Source: an uncultured virus (IMG/VR IMGVR_UViG_3300009159_000038) (taxonomy: Duplodnaviria > Heunggongvirae > Uroviricota > Caudoviricetes). From it: a stretch of 64,000 nt of DNA. Every line of letters starts with the position of its first letter. The first letter of the stretch is position 1. The stretch is from IMG/VR virus record IMGVR_UViG_3300009159_000038, positions 62,001 through 126,000 of that record. One strand, given 5' to 3'. Of this stretch, positions 18,966-28,661 are shown in pieces. The translations under genes and the position numbers were made by a program. Below the pieces are notes generated by a model. It did no database searches. It was given only the letters and a program-made list of their open reading frames with translations, and was not told the origin of the DNA.

Positions 18966-19962
18966 ACTATTCGAAGAACGATTGGAGTACAAGCCCTTTG
19001 AGTACCCTGTGTACTATAATGAAGGATGGTTAAAACAAATGCAAGCATTTTGGCTGCATACAGAAATACAAATGCAAGGTGATGTAAAAGATTGGAAAGA
19101 ACACCTTCTTCCTCATGAAAAAAATCTAGTTGGAAATATTCTTCTTGGTTTCGCACAAACTGAATGTGCTGTTTCTGATTATTGGACTGGAATGGTTACT
19201 AAATGGTTTCCTAAACATGAAATCAAACAAATGGCAATAGCCTTTGGTTCTCAAGAAACAATACATGCAACTGCATATTCTTATCTGAATGAAACTTTAG
19301 GTCTTGAAGATTTTGCTGCTTTTATGCATGAACCTACTATTGCTGCTAAATTCGAATATCTACTTTCAACGGAATCTGATTATACTCATGAAGATCTAAT
19401 AAAATCTCCTAAGGCTAGAAAAGATGCTGCTAAATCGCTTGCTATCTTTTCTGCATTTGCTGAAGGTGTTTCTTTATATTCATCGTTTGCCGTTTTATAT
19501 TCTTTTCAAATGCGAAACATGCTTAAAGGAATTGGTCAACAAATGAAATGGTCAGTAAGAGATGAATCACTACATTCTAAAATGGGTTGCCAACTATTCC
19601 GTCATATGTGTGAAGAGTATCCTGAATTAAAGGAAGATGTTCGTTATGAAGTTGAATATGCTGCGAAACTTATGGTAGATATGGAACATAAATTTATTAA
19701 TAAAATATTCGAAGAAGGAGATTTACTAAATCTCAAAGCTGAAGATGTTAAAAACTTTATTTCTCGTAGAGCAAATGAAAAGCTAATGGAATTAGGTTAC
19801 GATCCTATTTTAGAATATGATATTGAATCAGCTAATCAATTAGAATGGTTCGATCACTTAACTGGTGGAACTACACATACCGACTTTTTTGCTATTCGTT
19901 CAACTGATTATGCAAAAGCCGGTGAAGGTGAAGATTGGTCCGATGATGAACTATGGAATTAA
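18958..19962 (+). CDS. nrdB: Ribonucleotide reductase class Ia beta subunit
   Basis: YKPFEYP, FW...E, QETIH...YS, EGVSLYSSF, RDESLH, DFFA.R..DY. Confidence 0.95.
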   Translation: MPKLFEERLEYKPFEYPVYYNEGWLKQMQAFWLHTEIQMQGDVKDWKEHLLPHEKNLVGNILLGFAQTECAVSDYWTGMVTKWFPKHEIKQMAIAFGSQETIHATAYSYLNETLGLEDFAAFMHEPTIAAKFEYLLSTESDYTHEDLIKSPKARKDAAKSLAIFSAFAEGVSLYSSFAVLYSFQMRNMLKGIGQQMKWSVRDESLHSKMGCQLFRHMCEEYPELKEDVRYEVEYAAKLMVDMEHKFINKIFEEGDLLNLKAEDVKNFISRRANEKLMELGYDPILEYDIESANQLEWFDHLTGGTTHTDFFAIRSTDYAKAGEGEDWSDDELWN

Positions 19963-19976
19963 AAATTAAGTAATAT

Positions 19977-21785
19977 ATGGAAGAAAGAAAAGATAATATA
20001 AATCATCATGGAACCGAATTAGGTTGGGAACTCGGTGTAGATTTTCCTATGTGGGGAAATACCGAGATTTACGTAAAGACAATATCTAAAGGATATTTGT
20101 TAAAAGGAGAGACTCCTAAAGATGCCTATTGGCGAGTATGTACAACCGTAGCAAAACGTTTAGGCAAACCAGAAATGGCTTCTAAATTCTTTGATTATAT
20201 TTGGAAAGGTTGGTTAAATCTAGCTACTCCAGTTCTTTCAAATACCGGAACTGAACGAGGTCTTCCAATATCATGTTTTGGTATTGATGTTGCCGATTCA
20301 ATTTTTGATATTGGTACCAAGAATCTGGAACTTATGTTGCTTGCTAAACATGGTGGTGGTGTTGGAGTTGGTATTAATCAAATCCGACCTGCCGGAACAA
20401 TAATCAAGAATAATGGAACATCTGATGGTGTCGTTCCTTTTTGTAAAATTTATGATTCAACTATTTTAGCAACTTCACAAGGAAGTGTTAGACGAGGCGC
20501 TGCTTCTGTTAATATTGATATTGAACACAATGATTTTTGGGAATGGTTAGAAATTCGAGAACCAAAAGGTGATGTTAATCGACAATCTCTTAATCTGCAT
20601 CAATGCGTTATTATCTCTGATGCATTTATGAATAAAGTTGAACAAGGAGATAAAGAAGCAAGATCAAGATGGACTGCAGTACTTCGTAAACGACGTACAA
20701 CCGGTGAACCATATATCATGTACAAAGGAAATGTTAATCGCAACAATCCTGAAGCCTATAAACAAAATGGTCTTAAAGTTTACATGACTAATATTTGTTC
20801 AGAAATTACTTTACATACCGACGAATCTCATTCATTTGTATGTTGTTTATCTTCTATTAATCTTGCTAAATATGATGAATGGAAAGATACTGATCTTATT
20901 TACACATCAACTTGGTTTTTAGATGGTGTACTTGAAGAATTTATACAGAAAGCAAAATACATGAGCGGATTTACCAATTCTGTTAGATCTGCCGAAAAAG
21001 GAAGAGCATTAGGTCTTGGAGTTTTAGGATGGCATACTTATTTACAAGATAAAGGGCTTCCTTTCGAAGGTCTTCTTGCAAGATTCGAAACTCGCAAGAT
21101 ATTCTCTCAAATTAAGCTAGAATCTGATCAAGCTTCTAGAGATATGGCTAGAGAATATGGAGAACCACTTTGGTGTATTGGAACTGGAATGCGTAATACT
21201 CATTTACGAGCAATTGCACCAACCGTATCCAATTCTAAATTAAGTGGAAATGTATCTGCTGGTATTGAACCATGGGCAGCAAACGTATTTACCGAACAAA
21301 CTGCTAAAGGAACTTTCATTCGTAAAAATCCTACATTGGAGAAATATCTTAAACGTATGAAACGTAATCAAAAAGAAGTATGGGATCAAATACTTATTGA
21401 TGGTGGATCGATTCAAGGTTTACAATTTCTAGATGATTGGTTCTTTCACCGAGATTCTTTGGTAAATAAAGAAAAGATCGAAACTTTATCTGATATTGAA
21501 AAAACCGAATTGATTCCATTCAAAGATGTATTTAAGACATTCAAAGAAATTAATCAATTGGAATTAGTAAAACAAGCCGGATTACGTCAACAATACATTG
21601 ACCAATCAGTTTCTCTTAATCTTGCATTTCCTACTGAAGCTACTCCTAAATTTATCAATCAAGTTCATATGGAAGCTTACAAACAAGGAATTAAAACACT
21701 CTATTACATGAGAACCGAATCTGTTCTTCGAGGTGATATTGCCGCTAAAGCACTCGATGAAAATTGTGCATCTTGCGACGGATAG
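19977..21785 (+). CDS. nrdA: Ribonucleotide reductase class Ia alpha subunit (no ATP cone)
   Basis: ATPVLSN, PISCF, TNICSEI, CCLSS, AIAPT, KTLYY, C-terminal CASC. Confidence 0.95.
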   Translation: MEERKDNINHHGTELGWELGVDFPMWGNTEIYVKTISKGYLLKGETPKDAYWRVCTTVAKRLGKPEMASKFFDYIWKGWLNLATPVLSNTGTERGLPISCFGIDVADSIFDIGTKNLELMLLAKHGGGVGVGINQIRPAGTIIKNNGTSDGVVPFCKIYDSTILATSQGSVRRGAASVNIDIEHNDFWEWLEIREPKGDVNRQSLNLHQCVIISDAFMNKVEQGDKEARSRWTAVLRKRRTTGEPYIMYKGNVNRNNPEAYKQNGLKVYMTNICSEITLHTDESHSFVCCLSSINLAKYDEWKDTDLIYTSTWFLDGVLEEFIQKAKYMSGFTNSVRSAEKGRALGLGVLGWHTYLQDKGLPFEGLLARFETRKIFSQIKLESDQASRDMAREYGEPLWCIGTGMRNTHLRAIAPTVSNSKLSGNVSAGIEPWAANVFTEQTAKGTFIRKNPTLEKYLKRMKRNQKEVWDQILIDGGSIQGLQFLDDWFFHRDSLVNKEKIETLSDIEKTELIPFKDVFKTFKEINQLELVKQAGLRQQYIDQSVSLNLAFPTEATPKFINQVHMEAYKQGIKTLYYMRTESVLRGDIAAKALDENCASCDG

Positions 21786-21806
21786 TAAAAACTAATTAAC
21801 ATATTT

Positions 21807-21835
21807 AAGGGATTCATTTTTATGGATCCCTTTTT
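21807..21835 (+). terminator. Rho-independent terminator
   Basis: AAGGGATTCAT/ATGGATCCCTT stem followed by a T run. Confidence 0.8.
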
Positions 21836-21848
21836 CATATAATTAAAT

Positions 21849-22061
21849 ATGGCGATATTACATCATTTAAGTAAACCTAAATCTAGACAAGATATTGTCT
21901 TTGAAGAAGATCTAGCAATGGATTCAGATGGATGGTTCATTCGAGTAAAACACATAAACAAAAAAGACGGATCTACCGCTAGTTCATCGTGTATTATACT
22001 CAAAGATATGGAACAATGGCTAAATACTTATATCCGAGATGGATATGCAGAGCTTACTTAA
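21849..22061 (+). CDS. Small hypothetical protein
   Basis: Clean ORF following CATATAA at 21836. Confidence 0.55.
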   Translation: MAILHHLSKPKSRQDIVFEEDLAMDSDGWFIRVKHINKKDGSTASSSCIILKDMEQWLNTYIRDGYAELT

Positions 22062-22101
22062 TAATCAAATCAATCATAAAATAATAAACAAATCAATAAA
22101 A

Positions 22102-22848
22102 ATGAAAATTAAAATCACGAAAATTTCCGTTGCAAATTTATCTATGTTAGTAAGGAAAATGTTGCTAATGGACAATTCAATCTATTTGAATTTTGATAGT
22201 GAAAGAATTTGGTCAGATGTTTATACTCCAACAAAGGATGTTGTAAAATCTAATTACCTTCCAATCGCCAGCGTATTTGAATTTGAATCACCAATAACAC
22301 AACCAATTAAGTTATCGTTCTATTCAGGATCTAAGCTACTCGAATGTTTAAAATATTTTGATGCACATCATCTTTCTGCCGAAGTATCTTGCTTCGAAGA
22401 TATGGAAGATAAACTAATCTATGCAGATAAAATCATTCTACAAGATCAAAAACTAAAAATTGAAATTGCCTGTCAAGATATTTCTTTAGGATTCACTTCA
22501 ATGACTCCAGATCAAACCATTCGAGCATTTGATCTTGGTAGTGAAGAATTCCAATTTATCTTAGCCGCTGAAGACTTCAATAAAATTGTATCTTTACAAA
22601 CAATGGATAAGGGTGAATTACTATCAATTTATTCCGACGAACAAGGTGTACATATCAAAAATGAAGGATTTGATATTATCGTAGATGATCGAGTAAAAAT
22701 CAAATCTACTCCAAAAAATATCTTCAAATCTTTTCTATCTAGAATTGATAAAGAAACTTATCGCATCCATGTTTGTTCTAATAAATTAATTCTTGATTCA
22801 ACTGAAACAAACACAAAATTAGCTCTAAACCTAGCAATAACAGAATAA
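22102..22848 (+). CDS. 45: Sliding clamp (gp45-like)
   Basis: ~250 aa with a two-repeat beta/alpha pattern; replication context with clamp loader present. No sharp motif. Confidence 0.6.
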   Translation: MKIKITKISVANLSMLVRKMLLMDNSIYLNFDSERIWSDVYTPTKDVVKSNYLPIASVFEFESPITQPIKLSFYSGSKLLECLKYFDAHHLSAEVSCFEDMEDKLIYADKIILQDQKLKIEIACQDISLGFTSMTPDQTIRAFDLGSEEFQFILAAEDFNKIVSLQTMDKGELLSIYSDEQGVHIKNEGFDIIVDDRVKIKSTPKNIFKSFLSRIDKETYRIHVCSNKLILDSTETNTKLALNLAITE

Positions 22849-22853
22849 AAATT

Positions 22854-23030
22854 ATGTACAACCTATACCCAAAATTTATTCATTACAATGAATATACGAA
22901 AAAATGGTTCGCTTTCGATAGAGAAGAAGCCGTTTTATATCTTAACGATAATACACAAATGGAATCTCTTAAAGAATACAATTCAATTGAAGATTTATTA
23001 AAGGACCATAAACAAAAAACAAATGATTAA
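22854..23030 (+). CDS. 58-aa hypothetical protein (below the ORF-track cut-off)
   Basis: ATG 22854 to TAA 23030 (MYNLYPKFIHYNEYTKKWFAFDREEAVLYLND...); fills the gap exactly and overlaps the next start. Confidence 0.55.
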   Translation: MYNLYPKFIHYNEYTKKWFAFDREEAVLYLNDNTQMESLKEYNSIEDLLKDHKQKTND

Positions 23031-24231
23031 TTTCAATCCAGAAAAAATTGCAATAGAAGATATTCCAGCACTTCTCGAATCCCTATCAGGTAAAGATCGA
23101 GAAGATGCTATAACCGCTCTTAAAGCCGAACAACTTCGATGCAGTACTCAGGAACAGGGAATTAAACTAATTATTAACTCAATTTATGGAGCCTTCGCGA
23201 ATGAGTATTTTCACTTCTATAATATTTCAGTTGCAGAAACAGTAACTCTTCAAGGACAAGATGCTATCAAATTTACTGAACGTATGGTTGATAAGTATTT
23301 CAAAGAATTCTTTCATCGAGACAAACCTTTACTAACTGAATTAGGTGTTATCGAAAACCAAGTAGTTCCTAGAATCAAAGGTAATGTTTGGAAATATACC
23401 GATACGGATTCAGGTTATTTAATCTTCGAAGAATGTATGGAAGCGGTTCAATGGAAAGGTACCGTAAAAGAATTTGTTCTAACTCTTAATTCCTTTAGAT
23501 TATCTGATTATATTAAGAAAGTTCTTAATGATTATGCCAAAACATTTCAAACCGAAAATTATCTAGATTTCGAATTAGAAACTATTGCAGAAAATGCAAT
23601 TTGGGTAGCTAAGAAAAAATACATCCAAAATATCATTTGGAAAGATGGTAAAGATTACGATAATCTTTCATATATCAAAACAACTGGTCTAGAAATTATT
23701 CAATCATCAACTCCTGTATTTTGCAGAGGTAAACTTATCGATGCTGTAAAGTATATGTTCTCAAAAGGTAAGATTACCGAAAAAGACGTAAGTGATTTAG
23801 TTAAGCTAATCAAAGAAATCAAACGAGAATTTAAGCTATCTAATATTGAAAAAATTTCAATGGGTCGTTCGGTTTCCGATTATCAAAAATTTGTAATCAA
23901 CGATAACGATAAGCTAGAACTTCAAAAAGGTTGTCCTATTCATGTTCGAGCAGCAGCACATTACAATTATTTACTTAATCAAAATCCCAAACTTAAAGGT
24001 AAATACGAAATGATTCGATCAGGTGATAAGCTAAAATGGTATCATGCAAACGATTCATTTTGTGATGTATTCGCCTATAAAGCAGGAATGCATCCCATGG
24101 AAATTGCTCCTAAAATGAATATTGAAAGACAATTTCAAGGATCAATTCTAGATCCACTTAATCGAATCATAACGCCAACAGGTATTCCGGCTTTGAATCC
24201 TTCATTGGCATATACAGTAAGCCTTTTCTAA
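23023..24231 (+). CDS. 43: Family B DNA polymerase, C-terminal subunit (gp43B-like)
   Basis: Motif B Q.GIKLIINSIYGA, TLQGQ, motif C YTDTDS, AKKKY, GLEIIQSSTP, PIHVRAA..YN. Confidence 0.92.
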   Translation: MINFNPEKIAIEDIPALLESLSGKDREDAITALKAEQLRCSTQEQGIKLIINSIYGAFANEYFHFYNISVAETVTLQGQDAIKFTERMVDKYFKEFFHRDKPLLTELGVIENQVVPRIKGNVWKYTDTDSGYLIFEECMEAVQWKGTVKEFVLTLNSFRLSDYIKKVLNDYAKTFQTENYLDFELETIAENAIWVAKKKYIQNIIWKDGKDYDNLSYIKTTGLEIIQSSTPVFCRGKLIDAVKYMFSKGKITEKDVSDLVKLIKEIKREFKLSNIEKISMGRSVSDYQKFVINDNDKLELQKGCPIHVRAAAHYNYLLNQNPKLKGKYEMIRSGDKLKWYHANDSFCDVFAYKAGMHPMEIAPKMNIERQFQGSILDPLNRIITPTGIPALNPSLAYTVSLF

Positions 24232-24259
24232 CATATAAAAATTAAATTAAATAAACAAC

Positions 24260-25453
24260 ATGAGCAAAGAATTTACAATTGGTGAGCTTCAGAAAGAGCT
24301 TAGAAAAATCAATCCATTTGGTGACGTTATCAGCAAATCGGAATTTTCAAAAATAACAGAATGGATCGATACTGGAAATTATCATCTAAACGCAGTTTTT
24401 AGTGGTGATCTTTTCGGTGGTATTCCTAACAATCGAACAATATGTTTAGCTGGTGATTCAGGTACTGGTAAAACATTCTTACTTCTTAATATGGTCGCAA
24501 AAGCTCAGGAAATGGGTTATTATGTGGTTTATTATGATACTGAAGGTGCAGTCGATGTAGATAACATTCAATCATTTGGAGTTAATCCTGAAAGATTCGA
24601 TCATCAACCGGTTTCAGATATTGCAAAATTCAGAACTTCTATTACCACATTAGTGAAAAAAATGATGGAAGCTAAACAAGCTAAAATGACTCTACCTAAA
24701 ATCATGATTTGTCTCGATTCGTTAGGGATGCTTGCAACTACAAAAGAAATTGATGATGCAATCAGTGGAAATACTGCCGCTGATATGACTCGTGCAAAAT
24801 CGATTCGCTCTTTATTCCGTATTATTACTTCTGATCTAACTGGTCTTGGAATTCCATTCGTATTTACAAATCACACATACGCTTCTACTGGAATGTTCCC
24901 TACAGTGAACCTATCCGGTGGTGGAGGTTTAATCTATTCGGCTTCTGTTATCTTGGCTTTATCTAAAGCTCAAATTAAAGAAGGAACCGTACAAACTGGA
25001 ATTATTGTTACCGTTAAAACTCTTAAAAATCGTTTTGGTAAACCAATTCCTATTAAGTTTCATATCCGTTGGGATAAAGGAATGAACCCTTATATTGGAA
25101 TGGAAGAATATATGAATTGGGAAACTTGTGGTATTCAAAAAGGAAATTTAATTACCGATAAAGAATACGAGAAAATGAGCGATAAAGATAAAGCAACCGC
25201 TCATTCTTTTGATTATCAAGGTGAAACCAAATACTTCATTCCTCGCGAAACTGCTCGTAATTATATAGTTAAACATTTAGGAAAGGGTATTCCAGCTAAT
25301 GAATTATTTACTCCGGAAGTTTGGACTAACGAAATACTACAGATGATTAATGAAAAATGTATTAAACCTAAATTCAGCTATGGAATTAATTCTGCTGAAG
25401 ATGAAGTTGAATCAATTTTCTTAAACTCTGATGATATTAGCGATGCTGAATAA
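24260..25453 (+). CDS. uvsX: RecA-like recombinase UvsX
   Basis: IDTG.Y.LN, AGDSGTGKT, YDTE, LDSLG, TNHTY, SGGGG..Y.AS. Confidence 0.92.
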   Translation: MSKEFTIGELQKELRKINPFGDVISKSEFSKITEWIDTGNYHLNAVFSGDLFGGIPNNRTICLAGDSGTGKTFLLLNMVAKAQEMGYYVVYYDTEGAVDVDNIQSFGVNPERFDHQPVSDIAKFRTSITTLVKKMMEAKQAKMTLPKIMICLDSLGMLATTKEIDDAISGNTAADMTRAKSIRSLFRIITSDLTGLGIPFVFTNHTYASTGMFPTVNLSGGGGLIYSASVILALSKAQIKEGTVQTGIIVTVKTLKNRFGKPIPIKFHIRWDKGMNPYIGMEEYMNWETCGIQKGNLITDKEYEKMSDKDKATAHSFDYQGETKYFIPRETARNYIVKHLGKGIPANELFTPEVWTNEILQMINEKCIKPKFSYGINSAEDEVESIFLNSDDISDAE

Positions 25454-25754
25454 AGAACAAATAAAAATCAAATACATGCTCGGATCTTTTCGAGATGAAC
25501 TAGATTTTCCTACATATGAGGACTTCCTCTACCTAGTACATAATTGGTACTGGGTAGAAGGTGGTCATAATTTTATACATACATATCGTGGTTTAGAAGA
25601 AACCGGTAATGTGATTTTTCCAGATTCAACCTTGAAAGAAAAACTAAACGGAAACATTGAACAATATAACGACCTTATTAGCAATTTGCTAAAGGACAAC
25701 AAAATAAAAGTAAATAAAGATACTAAATTCACAATATACTATGAAGTTCTATAA
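25443..25754 (+). CDS. Hypothetical protein
   Basis: Clean ORF between uvsX and the helicase. Confidence 0.55.
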   Translation: MLNKEQIKIKYMLGSFRDELDFPTYEDFLYLVHNWYWVEGGHNFIHTYRGLEETGNVIFPDSTLKEKLNGNIEQYNDLISNLLKDNKIKVNKDTKFTIYYEVL

Positions 25755-25786
25755 CAACATATAATTAACATATAATTATAAAATCT

Positions 25787-27085
25787 ATGATTGGATCATC
25801 CGAATTTGAAAAGGCGTTTTACTTATATACCTGTAAAAACCCAGAATACTTATCAAGTATTGACGAAGGATTTTACGATAACGACGAAATCTCGACTTTA
25901 CACAAAATCACAAAAGGCTTTCACAGTAGATTTTCACAAATTCCTACCCGAGACCAAGTTAAATTAATTGCTAGACAAGATCAATTTAAAGATCGAATCA
26001 CGGAATCTATTATAGATCTTGTATTCGACGAACCTCTTGATTCATACGATCCTGATTGGATTCGAGAAACTAGTGAAGCTTGGATTCTTTGGAAATCTCT
26101 AGATAAATCTTTGATTGATACAATCGAATATGTTAAAACTGTAAAGGTTAATCCTGATAATGTTAAAGACGTAATTCAAAAAGTAAAATCTCTTATTAAT
26201 GAAAGAAACTCTATTACTTTTGATAAGGACTTAGGTAAAGACTTCTTCTCTGCTGAAAATCACATACCTACAGCAAATTCTAAAATCACCACATGTCATA
26301 ATTTCGTTGATAATTTCAGTGGTGGTTATCGAACAAAATCTTTAATTGTATATGCCGGTGAACAAAATGTCGGTAAATCAATTTGGTTAGCTAATGATGC
26401 TGTAAATTATGTTCGTGCAGGTTTCGATGTTGCAGTAATAACTGCTGAAATGGCAGATATTGATTTCATTCATCGTATCGGTGCAAACCTATTAAATGTT
26501 AAAGTAAGTGAATACGAAAGAAAATCTAAAGAATCAGGATTTATACAAACTCGTTTAGCTTCTTTAGCAAATGGAGTAATCCCTACTGGAAATCTATTCG
26601 TTAAAGAATATCCAACTTCTCAAGTAACTGTTCCTGAAATTGAAATGTATTTAAGAGAATTAGAATTAACTAAAGGAATTAAACTTAAAGTAATTATAAT
26701 TGACTATATTAATATTCTAGCAAATTATCGAAATCCCAATACAGAAAATACTTACATGAAGATTAAACAAATCGCCGAAGATCTTCGTGCTATGGCAGTT
26801 CGAAACGATTGGGTTGTAATAACTGCTACTCAAATTAATCGAAGTGGTTATGATTCAACTGAATTAAACCTAGGAAATATCGCTGAATCTGCCGGATTAT
26901 CACATACTGCCGATATGATTTATGGTATTATACAAGATACCTCAATGCATATGAATAATGAATATTGGTTGAAACTATTAAAAATAAGAAACGGTTCTGG
27001 TAAAAACAGCCGAACCATGTATCGAATAAATTATGAATATATGAGATTAACTGAAAGCGATACAACAATAACAGCAAGTATATAA
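25787..27085 (+). CDS. 41: Replicative DNA helicase (gp41/DnaB-like)
   Basis: AGEQNVGKS, TAEM, VKEYPT, IDYINIL, IAEDLR.MA, TATQINRSG, AESAGL.HTAD. Confidence 0.93.
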   Translation: MIGSSEFEKAFYLYTCKNPEYLSSIDEGFYDNDEISTLHKITKGFHSRFSQIPTRDQVKLIARQDQFKDRITESIIDLVFDEPLDSYDPDWIRETSEAWILWKSLDKSLIDTIEYVKTVKVNPDNVKDVIQKVKSLINERNSITFDKDLGKDFFSAENHIPTANSKITTCHNFVDNFSGGYRTKSLIVYAGEQNVGKSIWLANDAVNYVRAGFDVAVITAEMADIDFIHRIGANLLNVKVSEYERKSKESGFIQTRLASLANGVIPTGNLFVKEYPTSQVTVPEIEMYLRELELTKGIKLKVIIIDYINILANYRNPNTENTYMKIKQIAEDLRAMAVRNDWVVITATQINRSGYDSTELNLGNIAESAGLSHTADMIYGIIQDTSMHMNNEYWLKLLKIRNGSGKNSRTMYRINYEYMRLTESDTTITASI

Positions 27086-27086
27086 A

Positions 27087-27584
27087 ATGAATACTCCAGA
27101 AAATAACATACCAGAAAATGAATTATCGGAAGATGGTCTACCATTAGTTCCTGAAGAAAATGCAGTAAAACGAGATAAAATATTCGATAACGATTACGAT
27201 CAAATCGAATTAGAAAGTTCCAATCAAACGTTTTCTATTGATGATTCTTATAAAGCTCATTCCATCGAAGATTCAATCGATGTTGATCTAGTGAAAGAAA
27301 GACTATATGAAGAAATTGCTAAAGTCGAGAAATATCAAGCATACCTAGAACCCATCAATGGTGAATTTAAGAAAATTGGAAAATCTGAAATTAATGAAAT
27401 ATACAGTCATTTAATTAAAGCAATTGGTCCAGGAACTCGAATTGAAATTTACTCTTGTATGTGTGAAATATATGAAATATCACCTGACAAATTCTACGAA
27501 TCTTTATCTAATAAGTTCAAAACCGAACTTATTCAAGATCTCAAGTCCCGAGGATATTTACAAAACATAAAAGCACTTTTTTAA
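27087..27584 (+). CDS. Hypothetical protein, C-terminus reminiscent of late co-activator gp33
   Basis: IE....MCE...I.......LS..FK.EL......GYL pattern; weak. Confidence 0.35.
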   Translation: MNTPENNIPENELSEDGLPLVPEENAVKRDKIFDNDYDQIELESSNQTFSIDDSYKAHSIEDSIDVDLVKERLYEEIAKVEKYQAYLEPINGEFKKIGKSEINEIYSHLIKAIGPGTRIEIYSCMCEIYEISPDKFYESLSNKFKTELIQDLKSRGYLQNIKALF

Positions 27585-28660
27585 TGAAGATAAACGCAAA
27601 CAAAGCAATCATTGTATCCGATACACACTTAGGAGCAAGGTCAAATTCTGCTGAATGGTTAACCACAATGATGGATTGGTTTCGCGAAGATTTTATACCT
27701 AAAGCAAAAGAGCTTTACGAACCAGGAACAATTCTAATACATACTGGTGATGTATTTGATAATCGTCAATCTATTAATCTAATGGTTCTTCATGAAGGAA
27801 TGGCAATATTCGAAGAACTTGGTCATATTTTTGATGCTATATACATTATAGCCGGAAATCATGATGTTATGAAAAAAACATCAAACGACATATCATCTTT
27901 AGATTGCTTAAAATACATTCCTAAAGTACATATCATCAAAGAACCTACTTTAGCAGATATCAATGGAACCAAAGCTCTATTTATGCCTTGGAGAACCGAT
28001 GTTAATGAAGAAAAAACTTGTATTGCCGAATTTGGTAAAGAAGATCCTAAACTTCTATTCTGTCATACTAACATCTACTCGCTTAAATTTGATAATTCAA
28101 GAGATGTAGAAGAAGGTCTTCATGCCGATGATCTAAAAACCTACGAACGAGTTTATTCTGGTCATATACATTGGGGACAGAAACGAGGAAATGTAACAAT
28201 GGTTGGCAATCCATATCAAATGACTCGTTCCGATGCTGGAAATCCAAAAGGATTCTATGAATTTAACTTCAATACCTTTGAAGAAACTTTTCATGAGAAT
28301 ACTTATTCACCTAAGTTTGTTAGAGTTCATCTAAATCGTTATTTAGAGAATACTTTAGGAGAGATATTAGATGAATGTAGGAATAACAGAGTTGATCTGT
28401 ATATACCTTCGCACTATATACTTAAATACCAAGTTAATCCAATCATAGACGCCATCTCAGAAGTGGCTAGGAAGCTAGAGGTATTCCCATTTGAAGAAGA
28501 TCAAAATATTGATATCAATGGAGAAGATCTAGAAACACTTTCAATATTTGAAATGTGCCAAAAATACATCACTCAAATGCGTAGTGTAGATGATTCCGTA
28601 AAGAAAAGAATCGAGGTTAAAATCTCTAATTTATACAATCAAACCATCAAAGAAATTTAA
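27584..28660 (+). CDS. 47: Recombination endonuclease gp47 (Mre11/SbcD-like)
   Basis: SDTHLG, GDVFDNR, GNHD, FCH, SGHIH, GNPYQ...D. Confidence 0.92.
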   Translation: MKINANKAIIVSDTHLGARSNSAEWLTTMMDWFREDFIPKAKELYEPGTILIHTGDVFDNRQSINLMVLHEGMAIFEELGHIFDAIYIIAGNHDVMKKTSNDISSLDCLKYIPKVHIIKEPTLADINGTKALFMPWRTDVNEEKTCIAEFGKEDPKLLFCHTNIYSLKFDNSRDVEEGLHADDLKTYERVYSGHIHWGQKRGNVTMVGNPYQMTRSDAGNPKGFYEFNFNTFEETFHENTYSPKFVRVHLNRYLENTLGEILDECRNNRVDLYIPSHYILKYQVNPIIDAISEVARKLEVFPFEEDQNIDINGEDLETLSIFEMCQKYITQMRSVDDSVKKRIEVKISNLYNQTIKEI

Positions 28661-28661
28661 T

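Noticed and set aside
18900..23160. Split intein or group I intron joining the polymerase halves
   Set aside because: No Cys/Ser-start or His-Asn intein ends, and the intervening DNA is fully occupied by ordinary genes.
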